Assembly: GCA_023267635.1 (NCBI GenBank)
Contig: JAHFMX010000002.1
Span: 21,307 to 85,306 of the forward strand
Source: a bacterium
GTDB taxonomy: Bacteria; Patescibacteriota; Minisyncoccia; Phycocordibacterales; UBA5272
Reading direction: 5' to 3'
Length of the DNA: 64,000 nt
Shown here: positions 17,446 to 26,082 of the stretch, in pieces
How the letters are laid out: each line of letters begins with the position of its first letter
Numbering within the stretch: position 1 is the stretch's first letter
Translations under genes and position numbers: made by a program
Notes under the pieces: model-generated
The model's database searches: none
What the model was told of the DNA's origin: nothing
What the model saw: only the letters and a program-made list of their open reading frames with translations

Positions 17446-18399
17446 GCTAACATCATGACGATGCTTACTCAGCAAGAAAACGCAACCGAAGGTCAGCAAG
17501 AGCAAATCACCCGTGTTGCTGTCGACGCTGTCCGCAAGGCAGTAGCCGAATACTTCACGAAGCGGACACTGACGAAGGATGGTGCTCAAGCACTTCACGC
17601 AAACGGCAACAACATCGTTGCTGGCCTGCGTGACAAGGTCTTCGCCATGTACGACGAGATCACGGTCACCGACAAGTTCGCAGACGAAGAAATCAGCTCG
17701 AGCTACGTGTACCCGAAAGAGTACCGTGGTGTGAAGCCGATCGGCGCGCAGGTGGACATCTTGGCACAGGCTTTCGGTCTGTCACTCGGTTACACGAGCA
17801 ACTGGATCGAAAAGGTCTTGCCGACCTTGACGCTCCCCGAAGGAGCAGAAGGCTGGTTTGCCATCCCCTCGGTTGAAGCGATCGCAAAACGCCACTTCCC
17901 CGAAGTGACGGATCCTGTGGATCGCTATTGCCGTGCTGTCGAGCTCATCCTCGAAAAGCTCGGCAAGTCACGGTCGTTCTACAACTATCGTGAAGGCGAA
18001 ATCACGCCCCGTCAACTGCGTCAGCACGCACGGACCATCCACGCTCTCGACATCATCGTCGAACAGCAGAAGGGTGACATCCTGATCGTGCCTGCTCAGT
18101 TTGGAATGGGTCACCGTGGTCGCTCCGTTCGCCGTGCTCGTGAATGCTTCAAGGCAAACGAGTTCGGTCTCGGCGCTCTCGCTGTCGGCTCCATGGTGCT
18201 TACCCATCCCGAACGCTTCGTTCGTTGGGAACAGCTCCACACCGACTGCGCAGGTGACGAGTTCGCTCCGGGTGCGGTTGGCGAGTTCTGGGGCGCCCCG
18301 ATCTTCAGCTTCAGTGACGGCAAGCTCGAGTTCGGCACCGACGATGTGTCGTATGCGTGCGGCTACTGCGGTTCCGCCTCGGGGTTTCTTCCGCTGTGA
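17446..18399 (+). CDS. DGR target (variable) protein; C-terminal ~44 aa encoded by the VR; high-GC foreign-looking gene
   Basis: RBS GGAGAG before the ATG at 17446. GC is about 58% against about 38% locally. The 3' end is homologous to the TR with adenine-specific mismatches. Confidence 0.7.
   Translation, partial: ANIMTMLTQQENATEGQQEQITRVAVDAVRKAVAEYFTKRTLTKDGAQALHANGNNIVAGLRDKVFAMYDEITVTDKFADEEISSSYVYPKEYRGVKPIGAQVDILAQAFGLSLGYTSNWIEKVLPTLTLPEGAEGWFAIPSVEAIAKRHFPEVTDPVDRYCRAVELILEKLGKSRSFYNYREGEITPRQLRQHARTIHALDIIVEQQKGDILIVPAQFGMGHRGRSVRRARECFKANEFGLGALAVGSMVLTHPERFVRWEQLHTDCAGDEFAPGAVGEFWGAPIFSFSDGKLEFGTDDVSYACGYCGSASGFLPL
18262..18393 (+). repeat. DGR variable repeat (VR)
   Basis: 132 bp aligned to the TR. 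Every mismatch falls at a TR adenine (e.g. TR AAC against VR GGC/AGC/GAC/TGC/TAC). The shared 3' GC-rich end is ctacggttccgcctcggggtttcttccg. Confidence 0.8.
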
Positions 18400-18454
18400 T
18401 CCTTGGATCTTGGGGACTTGATTCTTTTGTTCCCTTGATTCTTGAATCCTTGAA

Positions 18455-18484
18455 CGGCTCGCTTGCGAGCCGTTTTTCTTTTGG
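18455..18484 (+). terminator. Hairpin/terminator downstream of the VR
   Basis: gaacggctcgc-tt-gcgagccg followed by ttttc. Confidence 0.5.
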
Positions 18485-18762
18485 CCGAAGGCCTCCGCAT
18501 ATTTTATATATTTGATATACTTATTAACGAGTCTAGGTTAGTGTATAGTAGTTCACGGATTGCTATCACCGAACTCTTTCTCCTATGAGAAATCACAATC
18601 AGATTTATAGTGATTACGGTTACTATAACAGTGTTGTTGCTCTAGAGATACTGCTTACTACTCTTCAAGACAAATGAGTAATCATGTTGTCAGATAAAAT
18701 ACAGAATCATGATTCATGTGCAATATCATGTTTCGTGGTTTGTGACATAGATGGAAAGTAGT

Positions 18763-18894
18763 AAAACTCCGGATGCGGATGGCAAGTTCTGGAACGCCCC
18801 GATCTTCAACTTCAATGACGACAAGCTCAAGTTCAACACCAACGATGTGTCGAATGCGAACGACAACTACGGTTCCGCCTCGGGGTTTCTTCCG
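18763..18894 (+). repeat. DGR template repeat (TR)
   Basis: Adenine-rich counterpart of the VR (aaaactccggatgcggatggcaagttctggaacgcc...). An incidental in-frame 54-codon ORF (18751-18915) overlaps it. Confidence 0.8.
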
Positions 18895-18913
18895 AAGTAT
18901 CGATTAGCAAAGT

Positions 18914-18943
18914 AAAAGGTATCCTGTTTAGGATACCTTTTAA
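18914..18943. terminator. Bidirectional terminator between TR and avd
   Basis: aaaaggtatcc-tgttt-aggatacctttt. Confidence 0.5.
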
Positions 18944-18944
18944 C

Positions 18945-19295
18945 TTACTTAGACATACTTGATTTTATCCACCCACCAAGCATTCGACCAATCTCATCAA
19001 TTATTCCTTGAAGTAAAGTATATTTCTTCATATCAAGACTTTTATTTTCTTTCATAAGACGAATAAAAAATCTTAATATATTAAGTCTTATGCTTGCCCT
19101 CTCAAGTAGATTATTCTTCTTTTCTTTGTAAGAATAGCTCGCTTCCAAAATAAGTTCTAAGATTTCGATGATTATATTTTCTGATCGTTCATATATCGAA
19201 AACCTTTCGTGTTTTGGGACTAATAATCTATATTCGTGGAATAGTTTATAGAGTTCGTGAATCTTTCTAAGTATAGGTACATCATTATCATTCAT
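18945..19295 (-). CDS. avd: DGR accessory variability determinant (Avd)-like four-helix-bundle protein
   Basis: 116 aa. Avd-like ..LYKLFHEY...ERFSIYERSENIIIEILELILEASYS...IRLNILRFFIRLMKE..IDEIGRMLGGWIK. Confidence 0.65.
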   Translation of the reverse strand: MNDNDVPILRKIHELYKLFHEYRLLVPKHERFSIYERSENIIIEILELILEASYSYKEKKNNLLERASIRLNILRFFIRLMKENKSLDMKKYTLLQGIIDEIGRMLGGWIKSSMSK

Positions 19296-20348
19296 ATGCG
19301 AGTTTTTACTAATCTATTTTCTAATTTGGTTAATATAGAAAACCTGTTTTTTGCATGGGAAGGGTTTAAAAAAGACAAGAAGAAAAAAGAAGATATTTTA
19401 GAGTTTGAGAAAATTATGGAAACTGAGATCTTTAAACTTCATAGAGAACTAATATCTTACACCTATCGACATAGTGGGTATATTGGATTTTATATATCTG
19501 ATCCAAAACGAAGACATATACATAAAGCAATTGTTCGAGATCGTATTTTACATCATGCAGTCATGAATATTCTTTATCCCCTTTACGATAAGATTTTTAT
19601 TCATAACTCTTTTTCTTGTCGAGTGGGCAAAGGTACACATAAAGGTGTTGATGCTATGAGATCCATGCTTTTAAAAGCAAGTAATAACAATACGAAAAAT
19701 GTATTTATTTTGAAGTGCGATATACAGAAGTTTTTTGATTCAGTTGATCATAATATCTTAATTCGTATTCTTCGTGAAAGAATTAAAGACGAAAAACTTA
19801 TGAATCTTCTTATTGAGGTGATCGACAGTTTTGATGGTAGTCAATCGAATCTTTTTGAAAGAAAAGGTCTTCCAATTGGCAATCTTACTTCTCAACTCTT
19901 TGCAAATGTTTACATGGACAAATTTGATCAATATGTGAAGCATGTACTTAAAGTTAAATACTATGCTCGATATACAGACGATTTTGTTGTAATTAGTGAT
20001 AATAAAGATTACTTATTATCACTAATTACAACCATTTCACTTTTTCTGAGTCATGAGTTAAAGCTCACGATACATCCTAAAAAGATTGAGATCCGTAAAT
20101 ATTCTCAAGGTATTGATTTTCTTGGTTATGTGGTTTTCCCTTATCATACGCAGGTTCGCAAGAGAACACTAAGGAGAGTAAGGAGAAAGTTGGATATTAA
20201 GGTGAAGTTATACAGAGCAGATAAGATTGATAAAACAAAACTGGACGCCACTCTTATGTCATATTTAGGGGTTCTTTCTCACGCAAACACTTACAGGTTT
20301 TCTGAGCAGATAAAAAATGAATACTTTTTATCTGCTAACGGTAATTAG
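19296..20348 (+). CDS. DGR-type reverse transcriptase
   Basis: N-terminal ENLFFAWEGFKKDKKKK. Motif 4 LPIGNLTSQLFANVYMD is the DGR hallmark I/LGxxxSQ. YTDDFVV matches YxDD. The start is taken at 19296; an alternative ATG lies at 19257. Confidence 0.85.
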   Translation: MRVFTNLFSNLVNIENLFFAWEGFKKDKKKKEDILEFEKIMETEIFKLHRELISYTYRHSGYIGFYISDPKRRHIHKAIVRDRILHHAVMNILYPLYDKIFIHNSFSCRVGKGTHKGVDAMRSMLLKASNNNTKNVFILKCDIQKFFDSVDHNILIRILRERIKDEKLMNLLIEVIDSFDGSQSNLFERKGLPIGNLTSQLFANVYMDKFDQYVKHVLKVKYYARYTDDFVVISDNKDYLLSLITTISLFLSHELKLTIHPKKIEIRKYSQGIDFLGYVVFPYHTQVRKRTLRRVRRKLDIKVKLYRADKIDKTKLDATLMSYLGVLSHANTYRFSEQIKNEYFLSANGN

Positions 20349-20391
20349 ATAATGAATACATATAATTTGATTACTATATTTTCTAGTTACT

Positions 20392-22695
20392 CTATAACCT
20401 TTCAGAAAGTGAATCCCACCCATGAAAAGATTGAGAATATGAATATGTTTTGTTACTATTTATTTTCCACCCATTAGGACCATCCTGTACTGCAATGCCA
20501 CCAGTAAAACCTTTTTTTCCTTTTAACCATTCTTGCAGTGCTTCCGCTTTATATTTTGTATCATTGATTTCCGCAGTCGTTCCTTTTTTGGTATCTATGA
20601 TTAATATATTATTTTTTGTTTGTATTATCCAGTCAGGATAAAATAATTTCTCTCTGTTTTCATCTTTGTTGTAATATGAAATTGAAAAATATTCACTACC
20701 TGAGTCTCCGTTTTTATACCACCATAAGACATTTTTATGTTCTTCTAAAAACTTAATAAAATCTTTTTCATTATCTTCTCCTTTATATTCTTTTTCAATA
20801 TAAAATGGACTCATGGCACTTTTCTTCACTTTCATCTCTTCATATTGATCAGTAAAGAATAATGTATCTCGTGGTATTTGTATTGTCTCGATACGCTTAG
20901 CACGCTCAGACTTCTTGTTTACTTCAAGTTCACGAATTGGTCTATATTTTTCTAATGCTTTTCCAATAATAGGTGACAATATACTTGATGTCTTAATAAA
21001 ATCATTAACGATAACCCTATATGCATTTTGTCTACTAATACTTAATGACTCCATAAACCAAACATTAAGGGCAGTTTTTAATTTACCCCAAGAACGCTCA
21101 GGTGCAAACTTCTTATTTTCATCAATCTGTTTTGAAATTAGACTGAAACAATAAAGATTATAAAGTTTTTCTAAATCATTTTGAGAGATTTCCTGATCAT
21201 GACTACTTCCTTCGGAAAGCAACTCCTCTTTAAAGTTATCATAATCGTCAATTTCAACACCAACAATAAGACCATTTGTCACAGATGGGTTAGTATCAAG
21301 ATTCTTTTGTAATAATTTTTTAGAAATTGTAGATGTATTGTCTTTTTCTTTGATATCAAAATACTCGTTTGCTATTTCCTTAAATGTATTTTGGAAACTG
21401 TCACCTAAGTCGTTATAATCCGACCTGCTCATAAAAACAGATTCAAGATCAATTGGTGTAATTTCAGATTTTCTGTGACTTGGAAATATCGCAGGGCGAT
21501 TACCTCCTGGTGTCTTTGCATAACCAGTTAAAACTTCATTTCTTTTGTAATTTGTATAGAGATACCCAAGATTAAGTTCAGGTTTCGCAAAATGTGTCCC
21601 TAGTGGCATACGCAAAATTCTTCCAACTGTTTGAATTGCAAAAGTTGGATTCTTAATCTCACGAAACATTACAAGAACACTTGCTCGTGGACAGTCCCAA
21701 CCTGTTGCGGCGGCTTGTTTGAATAACAAAAACGAAACAGGTGAAGTATTATTGGTGATATCTTCAAGATTTACTTTGTCTTCTGATAACCAAATAGCAA
21801 TTTCATGATCAAATACACCTTTTTCTTTTAGAGAGTTAATAATAAAATCTTGTTTAGTGCTACCACTTGTAGTTTTGTCTGCTTTATCGTCATTAGGAAG
21901 TTGAATTAGAACAAGAGGATTGATTTCTATATTTAACTCCTTGTAAAGGGATATAATTTCATTTCTTTTGTTAAAAGCAAGAGAAACAAGTATTTCATCT
22001 TGATCTACACCTTTATAGTCTCGTGATTCGAGATCTTCTTCTGTTTGAAATATTATTTTTTCTTTTATAAGACCCGCACTTATAACCACTTCACGATTTA
22101 CTTCTACTGTTGCAAAACCTGTATTTTGAGGAGTAGCAGAAACACCTATAATAATTCTAGGTTTAATAACATTATTAATTAAGTCGCTTGCTAGAATAGT
22201 AGATGAAGCAATATGTTCCTCATCGATAATAAGTATTACCTCTCGTTTAACATTGTGAGTATTATTAAGATACTCATCAAAGGTTGTATTTGATTCTCCT
22301 TCAGTTCTTAACTTTCTATTGTCTTTTGCTTTAGAAACTAATTTTTGCCAATTAATAAAAAATATTCCATTTCTAGGAATTACCCCGTCTCTCAAATTAT
22401 TCATATCAATAATAGGGTTTTCACTTGCTCCTCCATAGTACGCAAATAGTTTTTCTTTCGATTGCATTGCCAAAGAGTCAGAGTTAGTAATCCAAACAAA
22501 GCCAACATCAGCATGAGAAAATCTTGGGTCAGATACAATGTCCCGCAAGAACTGAGCCATCATTATTGTTTTACCTGATCCTGTTGGAGATTTGAAAGTT
22601 AGATTGATATTGTGATCACCAAGTTTCCAAAGAGTTAAAAATTTTTCTTTTAACTGGGATATTGCGGTCTCTTGAAATGGTTTAAGTGTAAACAT
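20392..22695 (-). CDS. res: Type III restriction enzyme Res subunit (helicase-nuclease)
   Basis: 767 aa. Walker A KSPTGSGKT, DEEH box IIDEEH, VSATPQN motif III. It is directly downstream of mod. Confidence 0.8.
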   Translation of the reverse strand: MFTLKPFQETAISQLKEKFLTLWKLGDHNINLTFKSPTGSGKTIMMAQFLRDIVSDPRFSHADVGFVWITNSDSLAMQSKEKLFAYYGGASENPIIDMNNLRDGVIPRNGIFFINWQKLVSKAKDNRKLRTEGESNTTFDEYLNNTHNVKREVILIIDEEHIASSTILASDLINNVIKPRIIIGVSATPQNTGFATVEVNREVVISAGLIKEKIIFQTEEDLESRDYKGVDQDEILVSLAFNKRNEIISLYKELNIEINPLVLIQLPNDDKADKTTSGSTKQDFIINSLKEKGVFDHEIAIWLSEDKVNLEDITNNTSPVSFLLFKQAAATGWDCPRASVLVMFREIKNPTFAIQTVGRILRMPLGTHFAKPELNLGYLYTNYKRNEVLTGYAKTPGGNRPAIFPSHRKSEITPIDLESVFMSRSDYNDLGDSFQNTFKEIANEYFDIKEKDNTSTISKKLLQKNLDTNPSVTNGLIVGVEIDDYDNFKEELLSEGSSHDQEISQNDLEKLYNLYCFSLISKQIDENKKFAPERSWGKLKTALNVWFMESLSISRQNAYRVIVNDFIKTSSILSPIIGKALEKYRPIRELEVNKKSERAKRIETIQIPRDTLFFTDQYEEMKVKKSAMSPFYIEKEYKGEDNEKDFIKFLEEHKNVLWWYKNGDSGSEYFSISYYNKDENREKLFYPDWIIQTKNNILIIDTKKGTTAEINDTKYKAEALQEWLKGKKGFTGGIAVQDGPNGWKINSNKTYSYSQSFHGWDSLSERL

Positions 22696-22699
22696 ATAA

Positions 22700-24406
22700 T
22701 TATAGTCGATTAATTTCTTTATAAACTTCTAGTATTGGTTCAGGAATATCCTCAATCCTTATATGTTTAGTGCTATATTCATTTCGGTATTCGTTTTTAC
22801 CCCAACCAAAAATATACAAAACTATCTGAAGTTTCTTTTTCTCAAGTAATGTAATTAGTTCCTTTAGTTTCTCTTTGTTTTCTTTGAAGTAAATTGCAGT
22901 AACTTTATTGTCACCCTCAAAAATCTGCCACCATTCTGTTTTCTCAATTTCGTTTAAAGTATTTTCTTTAACGGCTATCATTTCACCAGCTTGATAAGTT
23001 ACTTTAATTTTTGCTTCATCAGATATTTTGTGTAACTTTTCAATATCTACAAGATCAGTTTTGTAATATGACAAATTACCATTAAGCCCTTCAATTTTTT
23101 CTTCCTTCTTATTCTTATACCCCTTAATTACTCGTTTAATTCTTTCATAAGTAACCTCTTCACAAATTTTATTTTCATTATTAGTACAAAGAATAAATTT
23201 ACGATTACCACCATCTTGCTTATTAAGTTCAAGAACTGCATGACCTGTTGTTCCTGATCCTGCGAAGAAATCAAGAACGGTCGAATTTTTATCTGATGTT
23301 ATTTTTAATGCATCTTGTACAGCATAAACAGACTTAGGAAAACTAAAACTATTTTTATCTAAAATTTTATCCAATAATTGTGTACCATACCTCGTAGCAT
23401 TATATTTAGGTTTTATCCAATGTGTTTTAATAATCTGCTGTTCTCTATATTTTCTATAGATAGTAGGTTTGTTATTTTCAACTAAGATGACCACATCACC
23501 ATTTTTAAGATTTTCTTCAAAAGTATCCTTACTAGTATTCCATGTTCTCTCTTGCCCGCTTTCGGTTATTGGTAATACTTCTACATATCCATTTTTCTTA
23601 TCTAAACTTATATCTTTTGTTTTAAGGTCTACATAAATTGGATACCAACCATTTGGCTTATTTATTTTTAAACTAACATCCCCACCACCTCTTCTAAGAT
23701 ATTCCTCTAGTCTATACTTACCAATATCGTCCACTAAATTAAACTTTTCTGCATCATCTTCGTCAAGGGGTATATTTTTAATTTTTCCAACTAAATCATT
23801 TTTTGAATAAAATAAATAGTATTCATTGGTTGGATTAATAGATTTTGAGAATTGGCGACCTTCTGGTTTATGTACAACCGTAACAACTCCAGTTCTGTTA
23901 TTTTCTCCAAATATTTCATCACACAATGTACCTAAATAAAATAATTCATAATGGTCAATTGCTATTATTATAAAACCTTTCTCTGATAAGAGGTTTCTTG
24001 CAAGTATCAACCTATTTTCCATGAAAGATATCCATTTACTATGTCTCCACTGATCATTTGAGTCTACATAATCATTATTATATCTCCAATCACTAGACCC
24101 AGTATTGTATGGTGGATCAATGTAAATGACATCAATCTTACCTTTGTGTGTATAATTCAAAACAGAAAGAGTGTGGTAGTTATCTCCTTCAATGAGTAAA
24201 TTATTTAAATTACTTTCACCATCTATAATCTTCTTACTTTTAACTTCTTTAAGTACTGGAATATTTTCTTTACAAGAAAAAACAACATCCTCTGGTTTTC
24301 TTTCCCAGACAAGTCCAAACTTTTTTCTAGATTTAAGATTATTATTCTCAACCTCTAATTCTTTAATACGAGCTGTTAACTCTTGTTGTGTTTTATATTG
24401 AGACAT
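22700..24406 (-). CDS. mod: Type III restriction-modification DNA methyltransferase Mod subunit (N6-adenine/N4-cytosine class)
   Basis: 568 aa. Motif IV IDPPYNT, motif I FDFFAGSGTTGHA, and an N-terminal coiled coil. Confidence 0.85.
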   Translation of the reverse strand: MSQYKTQQELTARIKELEVENNNLKSRKKFGLVWERKPEDVVFSCKENIPVLKEVKSKKIIDGESNLNNLLIEGDNYHTLSVLNYTHKGKIDVIYIDPPYNTGSSDWRYNNDYVDSNDQWRHSKWISFMENRLILARNLLSEKGFIIIAIDHYELFYLGTLCDEIFGENNRTGVVTVVHKPEGRQFSKSINPTNEYYLFYSKNDLVGKIKNIPLDEDDAEKFNLVDDIGKYRLEEYLRRGGGDVSLKINKPNGWYPIYVDLKTKDISLDKKNGYVEVLPITESGQERTWNTSKDTFEENLKNGDVVILVENNKPTIYRKYREQQIIKTHWIKPKYNATRYGTQLLDKILDKNSFSFPKSVYAVQDALKITSDKNSTVLDFFAGSGTTGHAVLELNKQDGGNRKFILCTNNENKICEEVTYERIKRVIKGYKNKKEEKIEGLNGNLSYYKTDLVDIEKLHKISDEAKIKVTYQAGEMIAVKENTLNEIEKTEWWQIFEGDNKVTAIYFKENKEKLKELITLLEKKKLQIVLYIFGWGKNEYRNEYSTKHIRIEDIPEPILEVYKEINRL

Positions 24407-24429
24407 AGGGTAGACATCTATGTATCGGC

Positions 24430-24582
24430 TATAACATTAAAAATGGGTAGCCGAGTGTCTACCCATAGGTTGGAGTCGCGAGGAGTCCAATCATGGAACT
24501 CAGCTACCCGTTTTTACCCACGATTGGTAAAACGAAGTAGCCTCGCGACTCTATTATCAAAAGAGAAACCTATGGGTAGACT
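24430..24582. repeat. Large imperfect palindrome with nested inverted repeats between mod and the recombinase
   Basis: gtctacccatagg (24457-24469) pairs with cctatgggtagac (24568-24580), and ggagtcgcgagg pairs with cctcgcgactc. Additional arms are present. Confidence 0.5.
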
Positions 24583-24621
24583 GTATGATTATATCACTTA
24601 ATTAATAATTTTTATAGGTCA

Positions 24622-25941
24622 TCACAAAATAGTAATGACCTTATTTTTAAGTGTAATTTTAGAGTTTAAACATCTTAAGAATTCTCTCTTTTCTTCTATG
24701 TCTCCTTCAACCAAAATAAACTTCGCATAGTTTCTTATATCAATATCTTTTACTGTAACTTGGGCTTTTGTGCCTAAAAGTGTCTGTTGAAATAACTTAA
24801 ATCTTTTAACTTCACTAGCGATCTTTTCTCTCATGGGTACTGTTTTAATATCAATATCGTCCATTAGGTTTTTTAATTGTTCAAGCAAATCTTCCTCGTT
24901 AATAAACCCACAAGTACAATTCTGGTCTCTGGTTTTTGTACACTTATAATAAACATATCTATGAACATTTCCATTTTGTTGATGTTTGAATTTCTCGTCT
25001 GCTGTTATACCTGACCCACAAAGTCCGCAAGTCATGATTTTAGTAAAAGCAAATTCTTTTTGTCCTGATTTTGGTTGTAAAGTTTGACTCTTTACATTCT
25101 CTTGAACTAAATCAAAGAGTTCTTTTGTGATAATTGGTTTATGTGATCCGTTATACCATTTCCCAGATTTAGCAGGAAATTCAAACCGACCATAATATAT
25201 AGGATTTTGGAGGAGCCTATAAAAGTTTCCTAAACTTAGATGTATTCCATACTCCGATTTAAAATCAATATCATATCTAAGCCAGTGCCAAACTTTCTTT
25301 CCAGACCAGCCATCGTAAGCAATCTTTTCAAACATTTGCTTAATGAAAGGTGCACGATCTTGATCAATAACTAATTCACATTTTTGATCCATTCTTTTAA
25401 ATTTTGTATATCCTGTCGGTGGGCGACATGGCCATAACCCCATCTCTACTCTTGCTCTTAGTCCACGCTTTACATTGATACTCTTGTTATCATTTTCAAG
25501 TTTTGCTTGAGAACATAAAATCATCAATAAAAATTTTTCGTTAGGAGAGTTAGAAAAAGTTTGTCCATATGTCTGTATATGAATTAATTTTCGTTGATCC
25601 ATCAAATCAACAAGCGACCCGAGGTCGCCTGCATTTCTACTTAATCTATCTGGCGCCCATGTCAGCACACCGTTAAATTTTCCTTGATCTATTTCTTGTA
25701 ATAATTGTTTATATACTGGTCGTTGACCTGAAGCTTTAGCACTATGTGATTCTCGTTTTACTTCTACCACATACAATCCTAAACGCTCTGCTATCGCACT
25801 CATTTCTTTAATTTGTGAATCAATCGACAATGCTTGCATTTCATCTGACTCAGTTGATTTTCTAGCATATAGACAATATTTAACTCTTATTGGTGAAATT
25901 GTTATATTGCTTTCAATTCGTCCAATTGTGTTTGTTTCCAT
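24622..25941 (-). CDS. Large serine recombinase (phage-type integrase/resolvase)
   Basis: N-terminal YARKSTESDEMQALSIDSQ catalytic motif. Recombinase domain, then a zinc ribbon (CGLCGSG...YYKCTK) and a C-terminal coiled coil. Confidence 0.8.
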   Translation of the reverse strand: METNTIGRIESNITISPIRVKYCLYARKSTESDEMQALSIDSQIKEMSAIAERLGLYVVEVKRESHSAKASGQRPVYKQLLQEIDQGKFNGVLTWAPDRLSRNAGDLGSLVDLMDQRKLIHIQTYGQTFSNSPNEKFLLMILCSQAKLENDNKSINVKRGLRARVEMGLWPCRPPTGYTKFKRMDQKCELVIDQDRAPFIKQMFEKIAYDGWSGKKVWHWLRYDIDFKSEYGIHLSLGNFYRLLQNPIYYGRFEFPAKSGKWYNGSHKPIITKELFDLVQENVKSQTLQPKSGQKEFAFTKIMTCGLCGSGITADEKFKHQQNGNVHRYVYYKCTKTRDQNCTCGFINEEDLLEQLKNLMDDIDIKTVPMREKIASEVKRFKLFQQTLLGTKAQVTVKDIDIRNYAKFILVEGDIEEKREFLRCLNSKITLKNKVITIL

Positions 25942-26082
25942 ATTATATTAATGACAGAAATCACTAGTTTTGCTAAGTCTATGCAAGACTTAAAAAGCGT
26001 CGCATTGTGATACTTGAAACTCGTAGCAAAATAAAGGTTTTAATGTATCACAATATTTTAGAAATTGAACTGTTGATATCTT

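Larger units (their letters stand above)
17446..20348 (+). mobile_element. Diversity-generating retroelement cassette: target/VR, TR, avd (divergent), RT
   Basis: VR/TR pair with A-specific substitutions, plus an Avd-like four-helix-bundle protein and a reverse transcriptase with the IGNLTSQ motif. Confidence 0.8.

Noticed and set aside
17693-18421. Several 60-106 aa ORFs on both strands inside the DGR target gene
   Set aside because: The high GC content removes stop codons in all frames. Only the plus frame has an RBS and continuity with the VR.
18751-18915. 54-codon ORF (MESSKTPDADGKFWNAPIFNFNDDKLKFNTNDVSNANDNYGSASGFLPKYRLAK) overlapping the TR
   Set aside because: Its frame is inherited from the VR it copies. 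In DGRs the TR functions as an RNA template, and protein expression is not required or expected.
24383-24601. 72-aa plus-strand ORF
   Set aside because: It falls in the palindromic intergenic region between mod and the recombinase. It more likely reflects structured DNA or RNA than a coding gene.
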